Source of the DNA: Acidobacteriota bacterium
GTDB lineage: Bacteria > Acidobacteriota > UBA6911 > RPQK01 > JAJDTT01
Direction: 5' to 3'
Assembly: GCA_965209055.1 (NCBI GenBank)
Contig: OZ242374.1
Location: 2,464,001-2,528,000, forward strand
Length of the DNA stretch: 64,000 bases
A program made the position numbers and the translations under genes. Of this stretch, positions 10,941 through 21,340 are shown piece by piece. Position 1 is the first letter of the stretch; each line of letters starts with the position of its first letter. A model generated the notes under the pieces. It worked only from the letters and a program-made list of their open reading frames with translations, was not told the origin of the DNA and ran no database searches.

Positions 10941-13900
10941 CTATGGCAAGCTGGAGGATGACACCAACAGCAATGCGGCGATTCGTCGTGCGGTGTCGGC
11001 GAAGTGCTGAACTTCCTCGGAACGAAGACTCCTGCCCAGAACCTCGTTCTCCCGGTAGGACAACCACTTCTTGAGCACTTGGTAGCCGCCAAGCCGGTAG
11101 TCCCAGACGGCGGAGGGTAGGTTGCGCCAGTACGCCTCCCCATTCAGGTAGACATCGCAGGTGGTCTCACCAAGGACGGCAAGGTGTTCTGCCAACGCTG
11201 CGCGCTCCTCAGGTCGATAGGGACGCTCGACGATGTGGCCTCTGCCGGGCATCACGGCATCGCCCGCTCCGAAGTGGCCCCAGCCCGCGGTCACGGCGAA
11301 GTCCTCGCCCGCCATGTAGCGTCCCGTAACGGTGTCGGGCACCGCGATCTCGGGACGTAGGGGCGTCCCGGTCCCGCTTGACACAGGCAGTTCCGAGTCG
11401 AGCAGTGCGGCGACCATACGGCCTCTGGTCGCTGATCCAGCGAGTGCTTCCGCCGCTCCTTCGGACTCCCCGTCCGGCCAGCCGGGCAGCGGAATGCGCG
11501 GCCATTCCATGCGCAGCGCCCCCGCGTTGGCCTCCCGATACGCTGGATCGTGAAGGGTGGCGAGCACATGGTGGAACAGATCCTCGACACCGAGACCGAG
11601 GCGGGCAAGATACCGTTGCGCCTTCCCCGAGAGATTGGCACGACGTTCCGTGCCGGTTGCCGCGCCCAAGCCGTCCTCGCGAAGCCATGCCGGGAAGCAG
11701 GTGGCGCTACGATCCATTAAATCGATGCACCCGATCTGAGAGATGACTTGGGGCGGTGACCATTCCCGGCGTGGCTTTCGCTGCGTCACAAAGAACTTGT
11801 TTCCCGTGAAGACATGCGGTGGGTAGCGAGGGCTCTTCTCGCGCAGCAGCTTGGTATCGCGTTCCCAATACAGCCACCGGCTGTCGAACGGTCGGTACGC
11901 GTAGGCAACAAACCCCTCTTCAGCGGGTCCACCTCGCGCGAGCAGTGTGTTTCGGACTCCTCGCGCATCGAACCGTCTGGTGTCCTGCATCACGCGTGGG
12001 TAGCGCCGCGCAATCTCTTCGTGCCTCACCATCGGGTCGAAGTACTCCTCGATGCGTGCCCTGAGTCGGTTTAGGTCCACGTCGACGAGGAACTCGTCGC
12101 GACCGGTCTGGACACCCGGAAACGAGACCGGGAACAGGTCGGGCAGCGCGGGCCAATCGAACCAATCGGGGCTCACCGCAGTCTCCGCGAACGGCAGGCC
12201 CAGCGGCAGAAGCGGTGCGACTTCGGAGTAGAGCGTGTCCGGTTCCGCGTCGGCCGTGGCGGTCAACTCCGTCGGTTTGGACTGCCCCCACAAGTGCCGG
12301 AACGCAATGGCTTCGGTGGGTTCGTGGTTCCTCTTGCGCACCAGCGTCGCGATGGCCGTACCCACTTGGATACCGACCGGATCTCCCTCGGTCGAAAAGA
12401 TGCTCGGGTCGGGCGATCCGTCCGGCGCGACCTTGCCCGTCTTGTACTTGTCGCCGTTCAGACAGTCGATCCGGATCGCGTCGAACGCTTCGAGGTAGCG
12501 CTCCCGCATCCCAGTGAAGGACAGCCCGTCGAGCCACGAGTAGTTGGAGATGAAGCAGACGACGCCCTGTCCGGTCTTCTCCGCGATGCGGCGCTCCGCC
12601 ATTCGGAAGAACCGGACGTATAGGTCATTCAGGCCCTGTCCTTCGGGCTTCCGCACGCGCTCTGTCGTGCGGTACGCTTCCGAGAGTTCACGTTCTTCTT
12701 CCACTGCCATGCCCGCGAACCCGTTGTAGGGCGGGTTGCCGAGGATCACCAGGATCGGGACGTCCTGCTTCACTGCTTCCGCGAGGTCGCGCTCCTCTTC
12801 AAGCTCCGGGAACGGCAACGGCTTGGTCGTGTGCGGTTCCCAGCCCGTCAGAGCGTTGGTGAGAAACACCCCGGCGCGCTCCGATCCGTCCTCCGCCAGC
12901 GGTGCGCCCAGATTCTGCATGGTTAGGCCGACCTGCAAATGAGATACGACGAACGGCGCGGGCATGATCTCGAACCCGAACACTCGCTCGATTGCCGCCC
13001 TCCTGACCTCCGCGCCCGCGAGCGCCCCGAGGCCCTGCTCCCCGAGATTGACGGCGATGCGCCGGAGCACCTCTGCCAGATAGGCCCCCGTTCCACAGCA
13101 GGGGTCCAGCACATAGACGTTCTCGGCTGCGAGCCCCGCTGGAATCCCCAGATCGTCCTTGAGCGCCCTGTCCACCCGCGCGACCATGTAGCGGACCACT
13201 TCGGTCGGCGTGTACCACACCCCCAACTGCTTTCGGAGAACAGGGTCGAAAGCTTCCAGGAACGGTTCATAAAAGTACGGCACGGCCTCGCCTTCGTTGA
13301 ACCGTGAGAAGAACGCCGTCCGGTCCACGCGGTCGAGCGCCGCCGATGTCCAGTCCAATACCTCGACCAGGCCGAGCGACATCAACCGGCCCGGGTCGGC
13401 CAACTGTTGGAATAAGGCCCGCAGCACGGGTGCGCGCAGGTGCCAGACCGCCTCGCGCCACCGGAACCGCTGGGGACCGTAGTGGTCCTGGAACAGCGGG
13501 CCGTTCCTGTTCTGCTCGTGGCGGGACCACAGCACCCACGCGGAGAAGATGCCGTAGAACAGCGTCTGGATCAGGGTCGAACGGAAGAGACGTTCCCCGC
13601 GCTCGTCCTCGAAGCGAATCCCGAGCGCTTCCTCCATCGCCGAGCGGACGGCCACAAGCGATGGAACATTCCCCGCGGCCTCGACGCGGGCCAAGCCGTC
13701 GCGGGCGTAGGAAGCCAGCAGCCACGCCAAGTCCTTCGGCTCCGCCAGGGCGGCCCGATGCGACAGCGCCCGCGCTAGATACTCGCCGAGGCCCGCGCCG
13801 ATCTCGCGGGCGAAGGCGCGAGGAGTCTCCACCCGGCGCCAGAAGTCGTCCGCATCCTTGGCCAAGCGGTAGGTTTCGAGCTTGGCTGGGCCTCCCCTCC

Positions 13901-14306
13901 CGTCCGCGCCCACCAAGACGAAATTCCGTAGGTTCGTAACCAGCACCAGCCGGTAACGGCCCCAATAGCGGCTCACCTGATCGGATTCCGCCGTCAACCA
14001 GGCATTGTCACCAACGCCCTTGACCTCGACGACGCCACGCTCTGGAACCTGCCCCGGCCTCGGGCGGCCCCTCTGAACCTGCCTCGCCGTGTACAGGGCA
14101 CAGTCGGGATGGCCAGCCCCCTGATCCGCGGGTTCCAAAACGCAGAACACCTTGGGTCTCAGTGTAGCCCCGACCGCCCGCAGCAAGCTCGCCAGCGCCG
14201 GATAGTACGAGCGCTCGCCCGTAGCGCCGCCCGATGCGCGCACGCGCCGGAGTTCGCCGAAATACGCCTCCACTGCGGCGGCTAACTTCTTGTTCGGTTG
14301 GGCCAT
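10941..14306 (-). CDS. Single-chain restriction-modification enzyme (N6-adenine MTase with type ISP-like specificity domain)
   Basis: N-terminal PD...EVK nuclease motif, VLDPCCGTG (motif I), GNPPY (motif IV), YRPFD and YRLGGYQVLKKWLSYR typical of the ISP C-terminal domain; start at MAQPNKK. Confidence 0.85.
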   Translation of the reverse strand: MAQPNKKLAAAVEAYFGELRRVRASGGATGERSYYPALASLLRAVGATLRPKVFCVLEPADQGAGHPDCALYTARQVQRGRPRPGQVPERGVVEVKGVGDNAWLTAESDQVSRYWGRYRLVLVTNLRNFVLVGADGRGGPAKLETYRLAKDADDFWRRVETPRAFAREIGAGLGEYLARALSHRAALAEPKDLAWLLASYARDGLARVEAAGNVPSLVAVRSAMEEALGIRFEDERGERLFRSTLIQTLFYGIFSAWVLWSRHEQNRNGPLFQDHYGPQRFRWREAVWHLRAPVLRALFQQLADPGRLMSLGLVEVLDWTSAALDRVDRTAFFSRFNEGEAVPYFYEPFLEAFDPVLRKQLGVWYTPTEVVRYMVARVDRALKDDLGIPAGLAAENVYVLDPCCGTGAYLAEVLRRIAVNLGEQGLGALAGAEVRRAAIERVFGFEIMPAPFVVSHLQVGLTMQNLGAPLAEDGSERAGVFLTNALTGWEPHTTKPLPFPELEEERDLAEAVKQDVPILVILGNPPYNGFAGMAVEEERELSEAYRTTERVRKPEGQGLNDLYVRFFRMAERRIAEKTGQGVVCFISNYSWLDGLSFTGMRERYLEAFDAIRIDCLNGDKYKTGKVAPDGSPDPSIFSTEGDPVGIQVGTAIATLVRKRNHEPTEAIAFRHLWGQSKPTELTATADAEPDTLYSEVAPLLPLGLPFAETAVSPDWFDWPALPDLFPVSFPGVQTGRDEFLVDVDLNRLRARIEEYFDPMVRHEEIARRYPRVMQDTRRFDARGVRNTLLARGGPAEEGFVAYAYRPFDSRWLYWERDTKLLREKSPRYPPHVFTGNKFFVTQRKPRREWSPPQVISQIGCIDLMDRSATCFPAWLREDGLGAATGTERRANLSGKAQRYLARLGLGVEDLFHHVLATLHDPAYREANAGALRMEWPRIPLPGWPDGESEGAAEALAGSATRGRMVAALLDSELPVSSGTGTPLRPEIAVPDTVTGRYMAGEDFAVTAGWGHFGAGDAVMPGRGHIVERPYRPEERAALAEHLAVLGETTCDVYLNGEAYWRNLPSAVWDYRLGGYQVLKKWLSYRENEVLGRSLRSEEVQHFADTARRIAALLLVSSSSLP

Positions 14307-14367
14307 CCTGCCTTCCTGGTGATTCGGACGCGCCTCCGCATTGAGGCTGCCCTCTGGCGATTCAATC

Positions 14368-14600
14368 GTGACCGTAAGCACTCTAACAAAGGCGGCGCTC
14401 GTGGAGAACGTGGCCAACGTCGCCAACCTCACGAAGAAGCACTCCGGAAGTCGTCGTCGAGACCGTGTTCAGCAACATCGCCAAGGCGCTTCTCGGCGGG
14501 AGAAGGTCGAACTTCGTGGCTCCCGGCAGCTTTCGCCTCCCGCGCCGCCGAGAGCCGCCAGGAGCCTCAATCCCACGAAGCGGTCCAGCAGGCCGTAGCA
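14368..14600 (+). pseudogene. Integration host factor / HU pseudogene
   Basis: Across frameshifts reads LTKAALVENVANVANLTKKHS / VVVETVFSNIAKAL / EKVELRG / GSFRL..RR..NP. Confidence 0.7.
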
Positions 14601-15069
14601 TCGAAGAACGGTGCAGGCTGGAGCCATCGTCGGTGCCTTGGTCGGCATCGCGGGAATCGTAGTCAGTGTCCTCAGGTTGTACGGTTGACAGCCCTTACGA
14701 AGCTACCGGCTGCCGCTAGTACACAGCGATTTGCGATGCCTGAAACCAATGCCGCAGTGGATTCTCCAGACTGCGCCAGATTGTCCTTTCCGCCGCAATC
14801 TGTTGGTGGAACCCGCGATGTGGCACGCCTGAAGGCGACGGCCGACGTGCTCGGGGATGTGTCCGCGCTCGTTCTGGGTGACCGGGCCAACAGGTGCCGG
14901 TCCTTGCATTAAGTGCTGCGAACTGCGGCTTCTGGAGCAGATGCCGGCGATTAGTTCTCCATGTGGAACCTGCGGCGCACCCGCGCACCCAAACGCCGCG
15001 GACTTGGTATGGCAGATTGCGGCTTCATCACGTTTGTCGCTCGCGGTTCAGCGCGTGAGATCGCCGGAC

Positions 15070-15318
15070 ATGGCAGAGCCGGAGGTTGACGTTACCTTGG
15101 TCTACGCGCCGCAATCTGGGAAACGGTCTTGGCTCCGGCTGACCGGTCGGCGCGACGAGATACCAGCGGGTGATCGGTACCGGTTGCTGATCCATGTCGT
15201 GGTCAAGAGCCTCGCAAAGTATGAAGTCGTCATCGACGTGAAGGGCCGGAATGACGACCCGATTTCTCGCAAAGTCATAGCTGCTCTGGAGCTTGAGTTG
15301 GTGTCCGTGTACGACTAG
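15070..15318 (+). CDS. Hypothetical protein (82 aa)
   Basis: Protein-like composition from MAEPEVDV; converges on and overlaps the stop of the next ORF. Confidence 0.4.
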   Translation: MAEPEVDVTLVYAPQSGKRSWLRLTGRRDEIPAGDRYRLLIHVVVKSLAKYEVVIDVKGRNDDPISRKVIAALELELVSVYD

Positions 15319-15815
15319 ATGGACAGTTCGATTATTCCACTGTCTGCTCCGCGTCCGCACAATAGCCAAATTTGCTCGAAGGGATGTTCACCGAAGATGA
15401 TACTCTTATCTGCAAGATAGGATTGGAAGTCGGCATACGTCCACAGTGGATTGGCGTTTCGAACCAGGAGCCACACTGGAGTCGTACTGTACGTCTTCTT
15501 GCACTTAGACTGAAGCACTCTCGCCAGGCTGTCGCCAATTCGGCTACTCAACGGGGTAAGTCGTGCTTGCTGCTGCTCTTCCTCACTCGGGTAGGAATGG
15601 CCTCGTCTTCCAAGAAGTCTCTTTGCGTCAGATGGGGGACCATATACGTGAGCAACTTCAATGTAGACATCTTCGCCAGCCAATGTGCATCGCGTGTCTG
15701 GGCGAGGGGGTTGGCAGCATTTCTTATACTCTAAGTGGCGTCCGGGATGCCGCCGGTTGTACGCCTCACAGAACTCGATGACCCCGAACTTCTCAAGATC
15801 GGATTTTTCAGACAT
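15315..15815 (-). CDS. Hypothetical protein with PD-(D/E)XK nuclease-like motif
   Basis: PRPDTRC.....VYIEVAH pattern followed by KCKKTY..PVWLLV, as in restriction-endonuclease-like folds. Confidence 0.55.
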   Translation of the reverse strand: MSEKSDLEKFGVIEFCEAYNRRHPGRHLEYKKCCQPPRPDTRCTLAGEDVYIEVAHVYGPPSDAKRLLGRRGHSYPSEEEQQQARLTPLSSRIGDSLARVLQSKCKKTYSTTPVWLLVRNANPLWTYADFQSYLADKSIIFGEHPFEQIWLLCGRGADSGIIELSI

Positions 15816-16007
15816 TCGTTGCTCCGGCGGCTCTCAGTTCGAAAAGCTCGTGTCGTCCACGACATAGGACTACACGCTTGGCAGGTCGCGACTATAGCAG
15901 GCGCACGACTCGGGTGATCACCGCGCTGGCCGCCCATGGGCTGACGACCACGCACGGCTGCAACCGCTACGCGACGCGTAATTACGATCCGTGAAAGTCG
16001 GCTCGTA

Positions 16008-18353
16008 TCACGACTCCATCATGGATGATGCTAGCTGCCGTCGAACACGCTCGATTTCCGTCGCACGAACCTCGGCGGCCTTCGCTTCGGAGGATCTTCC
16101 GAGACCTTCGTCGACCATGGCCAAGAGTCTCCATGTCTGTGCCCTCCAAGGAGCCAGTTCCACCGCCCGTTCAGCGTGACCAATGGCACTGCGAAAATCA
16201 CGCGTTCGCCACCGGAACGAGGCTCGCTGAAACGGAATTTCCCAATATCGTGGATAAAGCGCTTGGGCTTGATCTAGGACTGTTTCGGCTTCCTCGTATT
16301 GTTCGGTCCATTCTTGCAACCGCGCCAAGTAGCAGAAGTCACCCGATTCCCTCAGCTTTTCGTCCTGAACAATTCGAGCAAAGAACTCCACGGCATCGGG
16401 CACAATCACCCGCTTACCGGCCGACGTTATTCTTCCGATGCAGAAACCGTCAGCTATCGTACTCGCTCGCACACGTTCGAGCCTGACAACGTTGTATCGT
16501 TCCCTCAGGTCCGTATCGCTAAACTCGGAAATCTTCTTCAGCCAACCGTCACAGAACTTCAAGCAATCGTGATGGGCGTTGACTCGATCCAAACAACGCG
16601 CCATCAGGTAAGCGATAAAGATACGATCGGAATTATGGATCGGCAGGTCCTGCATCTCGCGGAGTTCGTTGGAGCATTGAGCGTAGGCGGTCATCGCCTC
16701 AAGCACAATCGTCAATTGAAGCCGAGCAGGAAGGTACCGCGAATTATCCTTCTTCGCTTCGCGAAGGAGGCTAGCGGCGTATTTGAATCGTTTCACCGCC
16801 AATGGCCAATCGGTTTCGCGGATGCTCTCAGCTGCCTTGAAATATAGAGTCCCGACCTCTTGCAACGAGTGGACATCACGTTGTTGCGCGAGCCGGGTTT
16901 TGGCCGTCTCGAACGCGTCGTCAAAGGCACCCATCGCGGTTTGTGCAACGAGGAGGTTGCCGGTGAGATCTCGGTCACGACGATATAGTCGCAACCCCTC
17001 AAGTGCGACCGTGGCTGCAGCACGATGGTCAGAGGTTCTAATCAGGGCAAGCGAGAGATTGACGAAGTACTCGGCTGGTTTATCGATCGCAGCTGATATG
17101 CACGCGAGAACTTCAGTTGCCTCGTCGGCGCGGCCGAGGTGGATGAGGCACAAAGCATAGCAAACCGTGACGGCTTGATTGTAAGAGTAGTCTGGGGTGG
17201 CCACCACCATTTCCGGCACGAACAGGCTGCGTAGGATCGCCTCAGCTTTGGTGTAATCACCGACGGCGATGAGGGCGTCGGCTTCCCGCATGAACGGTTC
17301 CAGGTCGGATCCCTCGACAACACGATGAGTGCCCGCGTCGTTGGTTACGCCTCCCGCCACTCTGGAAAGGTCGCGATGAGTCTTTGCGCCGACCATGGAT
17401 ATTACGTATCGGCTAGTGGGTAGGAATCTTCGATAAGCTACCCGCCTTTTCTTCGCAGCTTCGGCGAGGGCAAGATCGATCGAGGCATAGTCAGGCGGTC
17501 TCTTCCTAGGGTCCTTTTCAAGACACTGGCGTATCAACCTCTCGGTGCCGAACGTGGTCTTCTTGAAGAGGCCCCCGAGCGGGGACGGTGCTTGGGACAA
17601 GTGCTTGAAAAGCACCTCGGCCACCGTAGTACCGACGAACGGGCACCTCCCGCATTCCCATTCGTACATGAGGCAACCCAAGCTGTAGATGTCGCTTCGG
17701 TGATCAACGTCACCACCCCTGCCGAGCTGCTCTGGAGAAGCGTAAGAGACAGTCCCCAAGATTTGCCCAGCCGCGGTGAGGCCGGGGTCTCCGCCGTCCC
17801 GTGCGGCAGCGGAGCCGTCGGTTTGCGTCGTGGGGTTGGCGACTGTAAGGGGTCGGGCTAAACCCCAGTCGGAGACGAATGCGAGATTGCGTTCGTCGAG
17901 CAAGATGTTGTCCGGCTTAAGGTCGCGGTGAATAACAGCGTGCTCTTGGTGCGCCCAAGCGAGGGTTCCGACGATACGCGCCATAACCGAGAAAAAGAAA
18001 TCCGGGGATCGGTTCTTCAGGTGTACACGGAGATTGCCACCCGGCATCCAGCGTGAGCATACAACGGGGACTTCATCGATCCGAGTGATGCACAGCGCTT
18101 CGACAACGCCATCACAGGCAGAAAGCGTGGTCCAGACGCGGACTTCACGGAGATATCGGGCCCAAGCGTCAGAATCATCAATGATTTCGCGTTGGATTGT
18201 CTTCAGAGCAAACGAAGCGCTACCCTGCACGACGCGGATGCACTCACCCATGCCGCCCCTCAAGATCCGATCAACCCTGAATTCCGCTGATGGCAATCCC
18301 AGGTGCGCGGCGAGTTCGGGCAGCGTTAGAATCTGACTCGGTCTAATAATCAA
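16008..18353 (-). CDS. Cytoplasmic Ser/Thr protein kinase with C-terminal TPR repeats
   Basis: GGMG, ALK, HRDLKPDNILL, DWG, GTVSYASPEQ, DIYSLG; TPR-like helices; no TM segment seen; TTG start. Confidence 0.9.
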   Translation of the reverse strand: MIIRPSQILTLPELAAHLGLPSAEFRVDRILRGGMGECIRVVQGSASFALKTIQREIIDDSDAWARYLREVRVWTTLSACDGVVEALCITRIDEVPVVCSRWMPGGNLRVHLKNRSPDFFFSVMARIVGTLAWAHQEHAVIHRDLKPDNILLDERNLAFVSDWGLARPLTVANPTTQTDGSAAARDGGDPGLTAAGQILGTVSYASPEQLGRGGDVDHRSDIYSLGCLMYEWECGRCPFVGTTVAEVLFKHLSQAPSPLGGLFKKTTFGTERLIRQCLEKDPRKRPPDYASIDLALAEAAKKRRVAYRRFLPTSRYVISMVGAKTHRDLSRVAGGVTNDAGTHRVVEGSDLEPFMREADALIAVGDYTKAEAILRSLFVPEMVVATPDYSYNQAVTVCYALCLIHLGRADEATEVLACISAAIDKPAEYFVNLSLALIRTSDHRAAATVALEGLRLYRRDRDLTGNLLVAQTAMGAFDDAFETAKTRLAQQRDVHSLQEVGTLYFKAAESIRETDWPLAVKRFKYAASLLREAKKDNSRYLPARLQLTIVLEAMTAYAQCSNELREMQDLPIHNSDRIFIAYLMARCLDRVNAHHDCLKFCDGWLKKISEFSDTDLRERYNVVRLERVRASTIADGFCIGRITSAGKRVIVPDAVEFFARIVQDEKLRESGDFCYLARLQEWTEQYEEAETVLDQAQALYPRYWEIPFQRASFRWRTRDFRSAIGHAERAVELAPWRAQTWRLLAMVDEGLGRSSEAKAAEVRATEIERVRRQLASSMMES

Positions 18354-18745
18354 TTGGAGAATCTCGCTGTCACTTGCGTCGTTTCGCGTGTTCTAGCGCA
18401 TGCATACCGGATGAGCCGATCCGACAGGCCCCAGCCGCATGTATCAGCGCTCGTCTGGTGACACCGATACCGCACGATAGTGAACGTGTGGATTCGATGG
18501 CAACTGGTTCGATCCGCAACATCTCCGTCGTCTTGCGCCGAATCTTCGTTGCTGCCGACTGCATACTCGGAGGCGACGGGTGGCTCCCGACACGTTTGGG
18601 TGTCATGAGCCAGCCTATCCAATGTAATACATTGGGGCTGGTGAGGGGATGCTACGCTACCCTTCGAACCCCGCTCGAAGTTCCGGCCAGTGGAGCCGGA
18701 GGCCCGACCGGCCGGTTGATCCGCCGCGTTCTCAGCAGCGCTTCG

Positions 18746-18868
18746 AGGCCTTCCCGCCAGGGATATATTGGACGGGAGCGACCCCCCCAGGGGGTGTGGC
18801 GCAGATGTAAATTGCGCCACACCCCCGCGCCCGCACCGGGCAGGAAAAAGGGGGGGTCGCTCCCGTCC
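18746..18868. promoter_or_regulatory. Nested inverted-repeat element, putative oriT-like site (copy A)
   Basis: Perfect 19-bp IR 18770-18788/18850-18868 enclosing a perfect 14-bp hairpin 18790-18826; related to 19582-19714 and 58182-58317. Confidence 0.5.
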
Positions 18869-19079
18869 ACCTCCGATTTCCCCGTGCGGGCACGGCGGAG
18901 CCGGGAATGTGGCCGTAACTGCATGAGCGACAAAGAGATCGGGGAAAGCGGAGGTGAAAGTCAAAAGGCTGCCGGGATGTAAGTCGCGTCCTTTGTCTCC
19001 CTTACACTCCCGGATCGACACCGGGAAGCCCTTTCACCTCCCCATGAACCTCGTCGATCCGCAAGTGACGCAGCTGTTG

Positions 19080-19400
19080 CAAGCGCTGGCGGCGCTTGGC
19101 CTTTCCCGGCGGCTGTTCCCGTGCCGCCACTATGCCGGCCATGTCCAGGGACGGCGCCGGTACTTCCCCCGCAAGCTCCCCCTGGCCCTGGAGGAGGACC
19201 GGGCGACCTTCGTCTATGTCGATCCCGGTCGGGATACCGACTCGGAGCTGCTTTCGTGGAGGGCGGAGCACGCCCCGATCTGGGCCGGGCTGCGCGCACG
19301 AGAGCGCCCGGTGCACGTGGTCGCGGTGGCCCGCGACGACCTCCGGCGGGAGCGGGCCGGGAAGATCCTGCGGCGCTGGGCCAGCCCGGACCCCGAGGCC
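19080..19400 (+). pseudogene. Fragment of the Rep/relaxase-like domain of the 58609-60573 protein
   Basis: LGLSRRLFPCRHYAG...YFPRKLPLALEEDRATFVYVDPGRDTDSELLSW is nearly identical to the C-terminal domain at about 58860-59170. Confidence 0.75.
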
Positions 19401-19714
19401 GTGTTCCACTTCCGGTGGGCCGGTCCGGAGAAGTCCCAGGATGTGAAACACACATGGGGGAGTGTGTTCCACTCTCGGAGCGGCGAGTTTCACAAGCCCC
19501 CTTTCCGTCATCTTGTTGAGCCCCTTCGGGTTGTCCCCGTCCTTCCGGAGGAGGCGCGCCCGGACGGGGAGTCCGGGTAGGAGAAGTGAGCGACCCCCCT
19601 GTTTTCGTGCCTCGCACGTCACGCAAGCGCTGCCAGTGTTCCACTCCGTTGGACACCAGCGCGGCATGCGCGGGGGGGTCGCTCACTTCTTCATTGATCC
19701 CTGCGGGAAGGCCT
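19400..19714. repeat. About 310-bp non-coding segment repeated in inverted orientation at 58182-58500 (copy B)
   Basis: Near-identical sequence; 18-bp IR AGAAGTGAGCGACCCCCC at 19582-19599/19673-19690; three GTGTTCCAC boxes. Confidence 0.8.
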
Positions 19715-19955
19715 CTGCGAAGATGGGGACGGGAGAATTCCAGTCTGTCGTGAGAGAATGCCCCGCATGGGAGAGGACAACGTCCAACGGCCTATCCCGA
19801 ACCCTTGGCCCGGTCTCACCAAGCCAACACAGGCGAAATGGCGGGCTTGTTTTTTCGGGAATTCTCGAAGACTGCGCCTGAGTGGGTTTCAGGCGGCGAA
19901 TCGGCGGGCTATGGCTTCGCGCAGGCCTTCAAGCAGGCGCTCTGCGCACGGCGGA

Positions 19956-21179
19956 TCAACGGAGCAGTCCGGCCGCCGAGTCTCGACTCTCGCCAGCCAG
20001 GTAGTCCGCCCATTCGTCCATGAGCCGACGCCGGCGCTCGAACAGGTCCGTGCGTCGGTAGGCCGCCTCGATCGGGTTGCGCACCTTGTGCGCCAAAGCC
20101 GCCTCCGCCACCTCGCGCGGATGATCCGTCTCCTCCGCCGCCCAGTCCCGGAAACTCGACCGGAACCCGTGCGGTACCGCCGCGATCCTCAACCTCCGGA
20201 GCAGCTCCGCCATCGCCGTGTTCCCGACTGGCTTTCCGCCCACGCTCGGAAACACGAGGGGTCCGATGCCACCGAGGGCCCGCGCCTCCTCCAGGATCTC
20301 CAACGCTCGCCGGGACAACGGGACCCGGTGCTCCCGATTCCCCTTCGTACGCCGGGCCGGGATGGTCCACACCCCCTCCTCCCGGTCGATCTCCGTCCAC
20401 GCGGCCCTGCGGACCTCGCCGGAACGTGTCGCCGTCAGCACCAGGAACTCGAACGCCAGCTTCAACACCGGCCGCGCGTTGGACGCCTGCACCGACTGGA
20501 GCGCGGCTGCAACCTCGCGGTGGGGCAACGCCCGCATGTGACGCACTACCTTCCCCTGCGCACCAAGCACCGGGCCGATCCGGTCACAGGGGTTGTCGGG
20601 CCGAAGATCCATCGCCACGGCCCACTCCAGGACCGCGCGGATGCGCTGGCGCAGCTTCCGGGCCGTGGAGGCCTTCTCGTGCCAGATCGGAGCGAGGATG
20701 CCGATCACGTCGGCACTCGTCACCTCCGCAATCGGCATCTCGCCGATGCGAGGGAAGGCGTGGTATTCCAGGCTCCCCAGCCAGAGCCGCGCATGCCGGG
20801 CGGAGCGCCAGCCCGGCCGCAGTTGCTTCCAGACCGTCCGGGTGGCGTCCGCGAACGTGGGCATCGCGACGGACTCCCGCTTCCCGGCCCGGGGATCGCC
20901 CCCCTCGCGGGCCAGCTTGCGGTTGGCGAACGCCTTCTCTCGCGCTTCCCTGAGCGAGACGAGGGGGAATCCACCGAGTCCGAGCTCGGCTCGGCGGCCA
21001 CGGATCGTGAGGCGTTGAATCCAGCCCCGGCTGCCCGTGGGCCGGACGTCGAGATAGAGACCCTGGCCGTCGCAGTAGCGTCCGGCCTGACTCACGTTGC
21101 GGACAAAGACCGGTGTCAGGGCGTTGAGGGGATGCCGGCCGCGCGGCTTGCGTTTCGGGGGACGTTTCACAAGTGCCAT
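19956..21179 (-). CDS. Tyrosine recombinase/integrase (P4-like, arm-binding domain)
   Basis: DGQGLYL arm domain; catalytic R (TRSGE), K (TKGNR), HGFR, LAH, AY. Confidence 0.95.
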   Translation of the reverse strand: MALVKRPPKRKPRGRHPLNALTPVFVRNVSQAGRYCDGQGLYLDVRPTGSRGWIQRLTIRGRRAELGLGGFPLVSLREAREKAFANRKLAREGGDPRAGKRESVAMPTFADATRTVWKQLRPGWRSARHARLWLGSLEYHAFPRIGEMPIAEVTSADVIGILAPIWHEKASTARKLRQRIRAVLEWAVAMDLRPDNPCDRIGPVLGAQGKVVRHMRALPHREVAAALQSVQASNARPVLKLAFEFLVLTATRSGEVRRAAWTEIDREEGVWTIPARRTKGNREHRVPLSRRALEILEEARALGGIGPLVFPSVGGKPVGNTAMAELLRRLRIAAVPHGFRSSFRDWAAEETDHPREVAEAALAHKVRNPIEAAYRRTDLFERRRRLMDEWADYLAGESRDSAAGLLR

Positions 21180-21340
21180 ACCCACCACTATACCCCCACA
21201 ATATCGTGGATGCAAGGGGACGAAGCGGATCGGTATGGGACACCATTGGGCGTCAGAAATCCTGATAAATCAATGAAAAACAGACACTTATGTACAGCAC
21301 TGGACATATCTGGACGCTATGTCCATCTCACAAACTACAG

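Noticed and set aside
18757-18780. A true Agrobacterium T-DNA border
   Set aside because: Only a partial match with insertions, and no vir genes; kept only as a hint of a nick site
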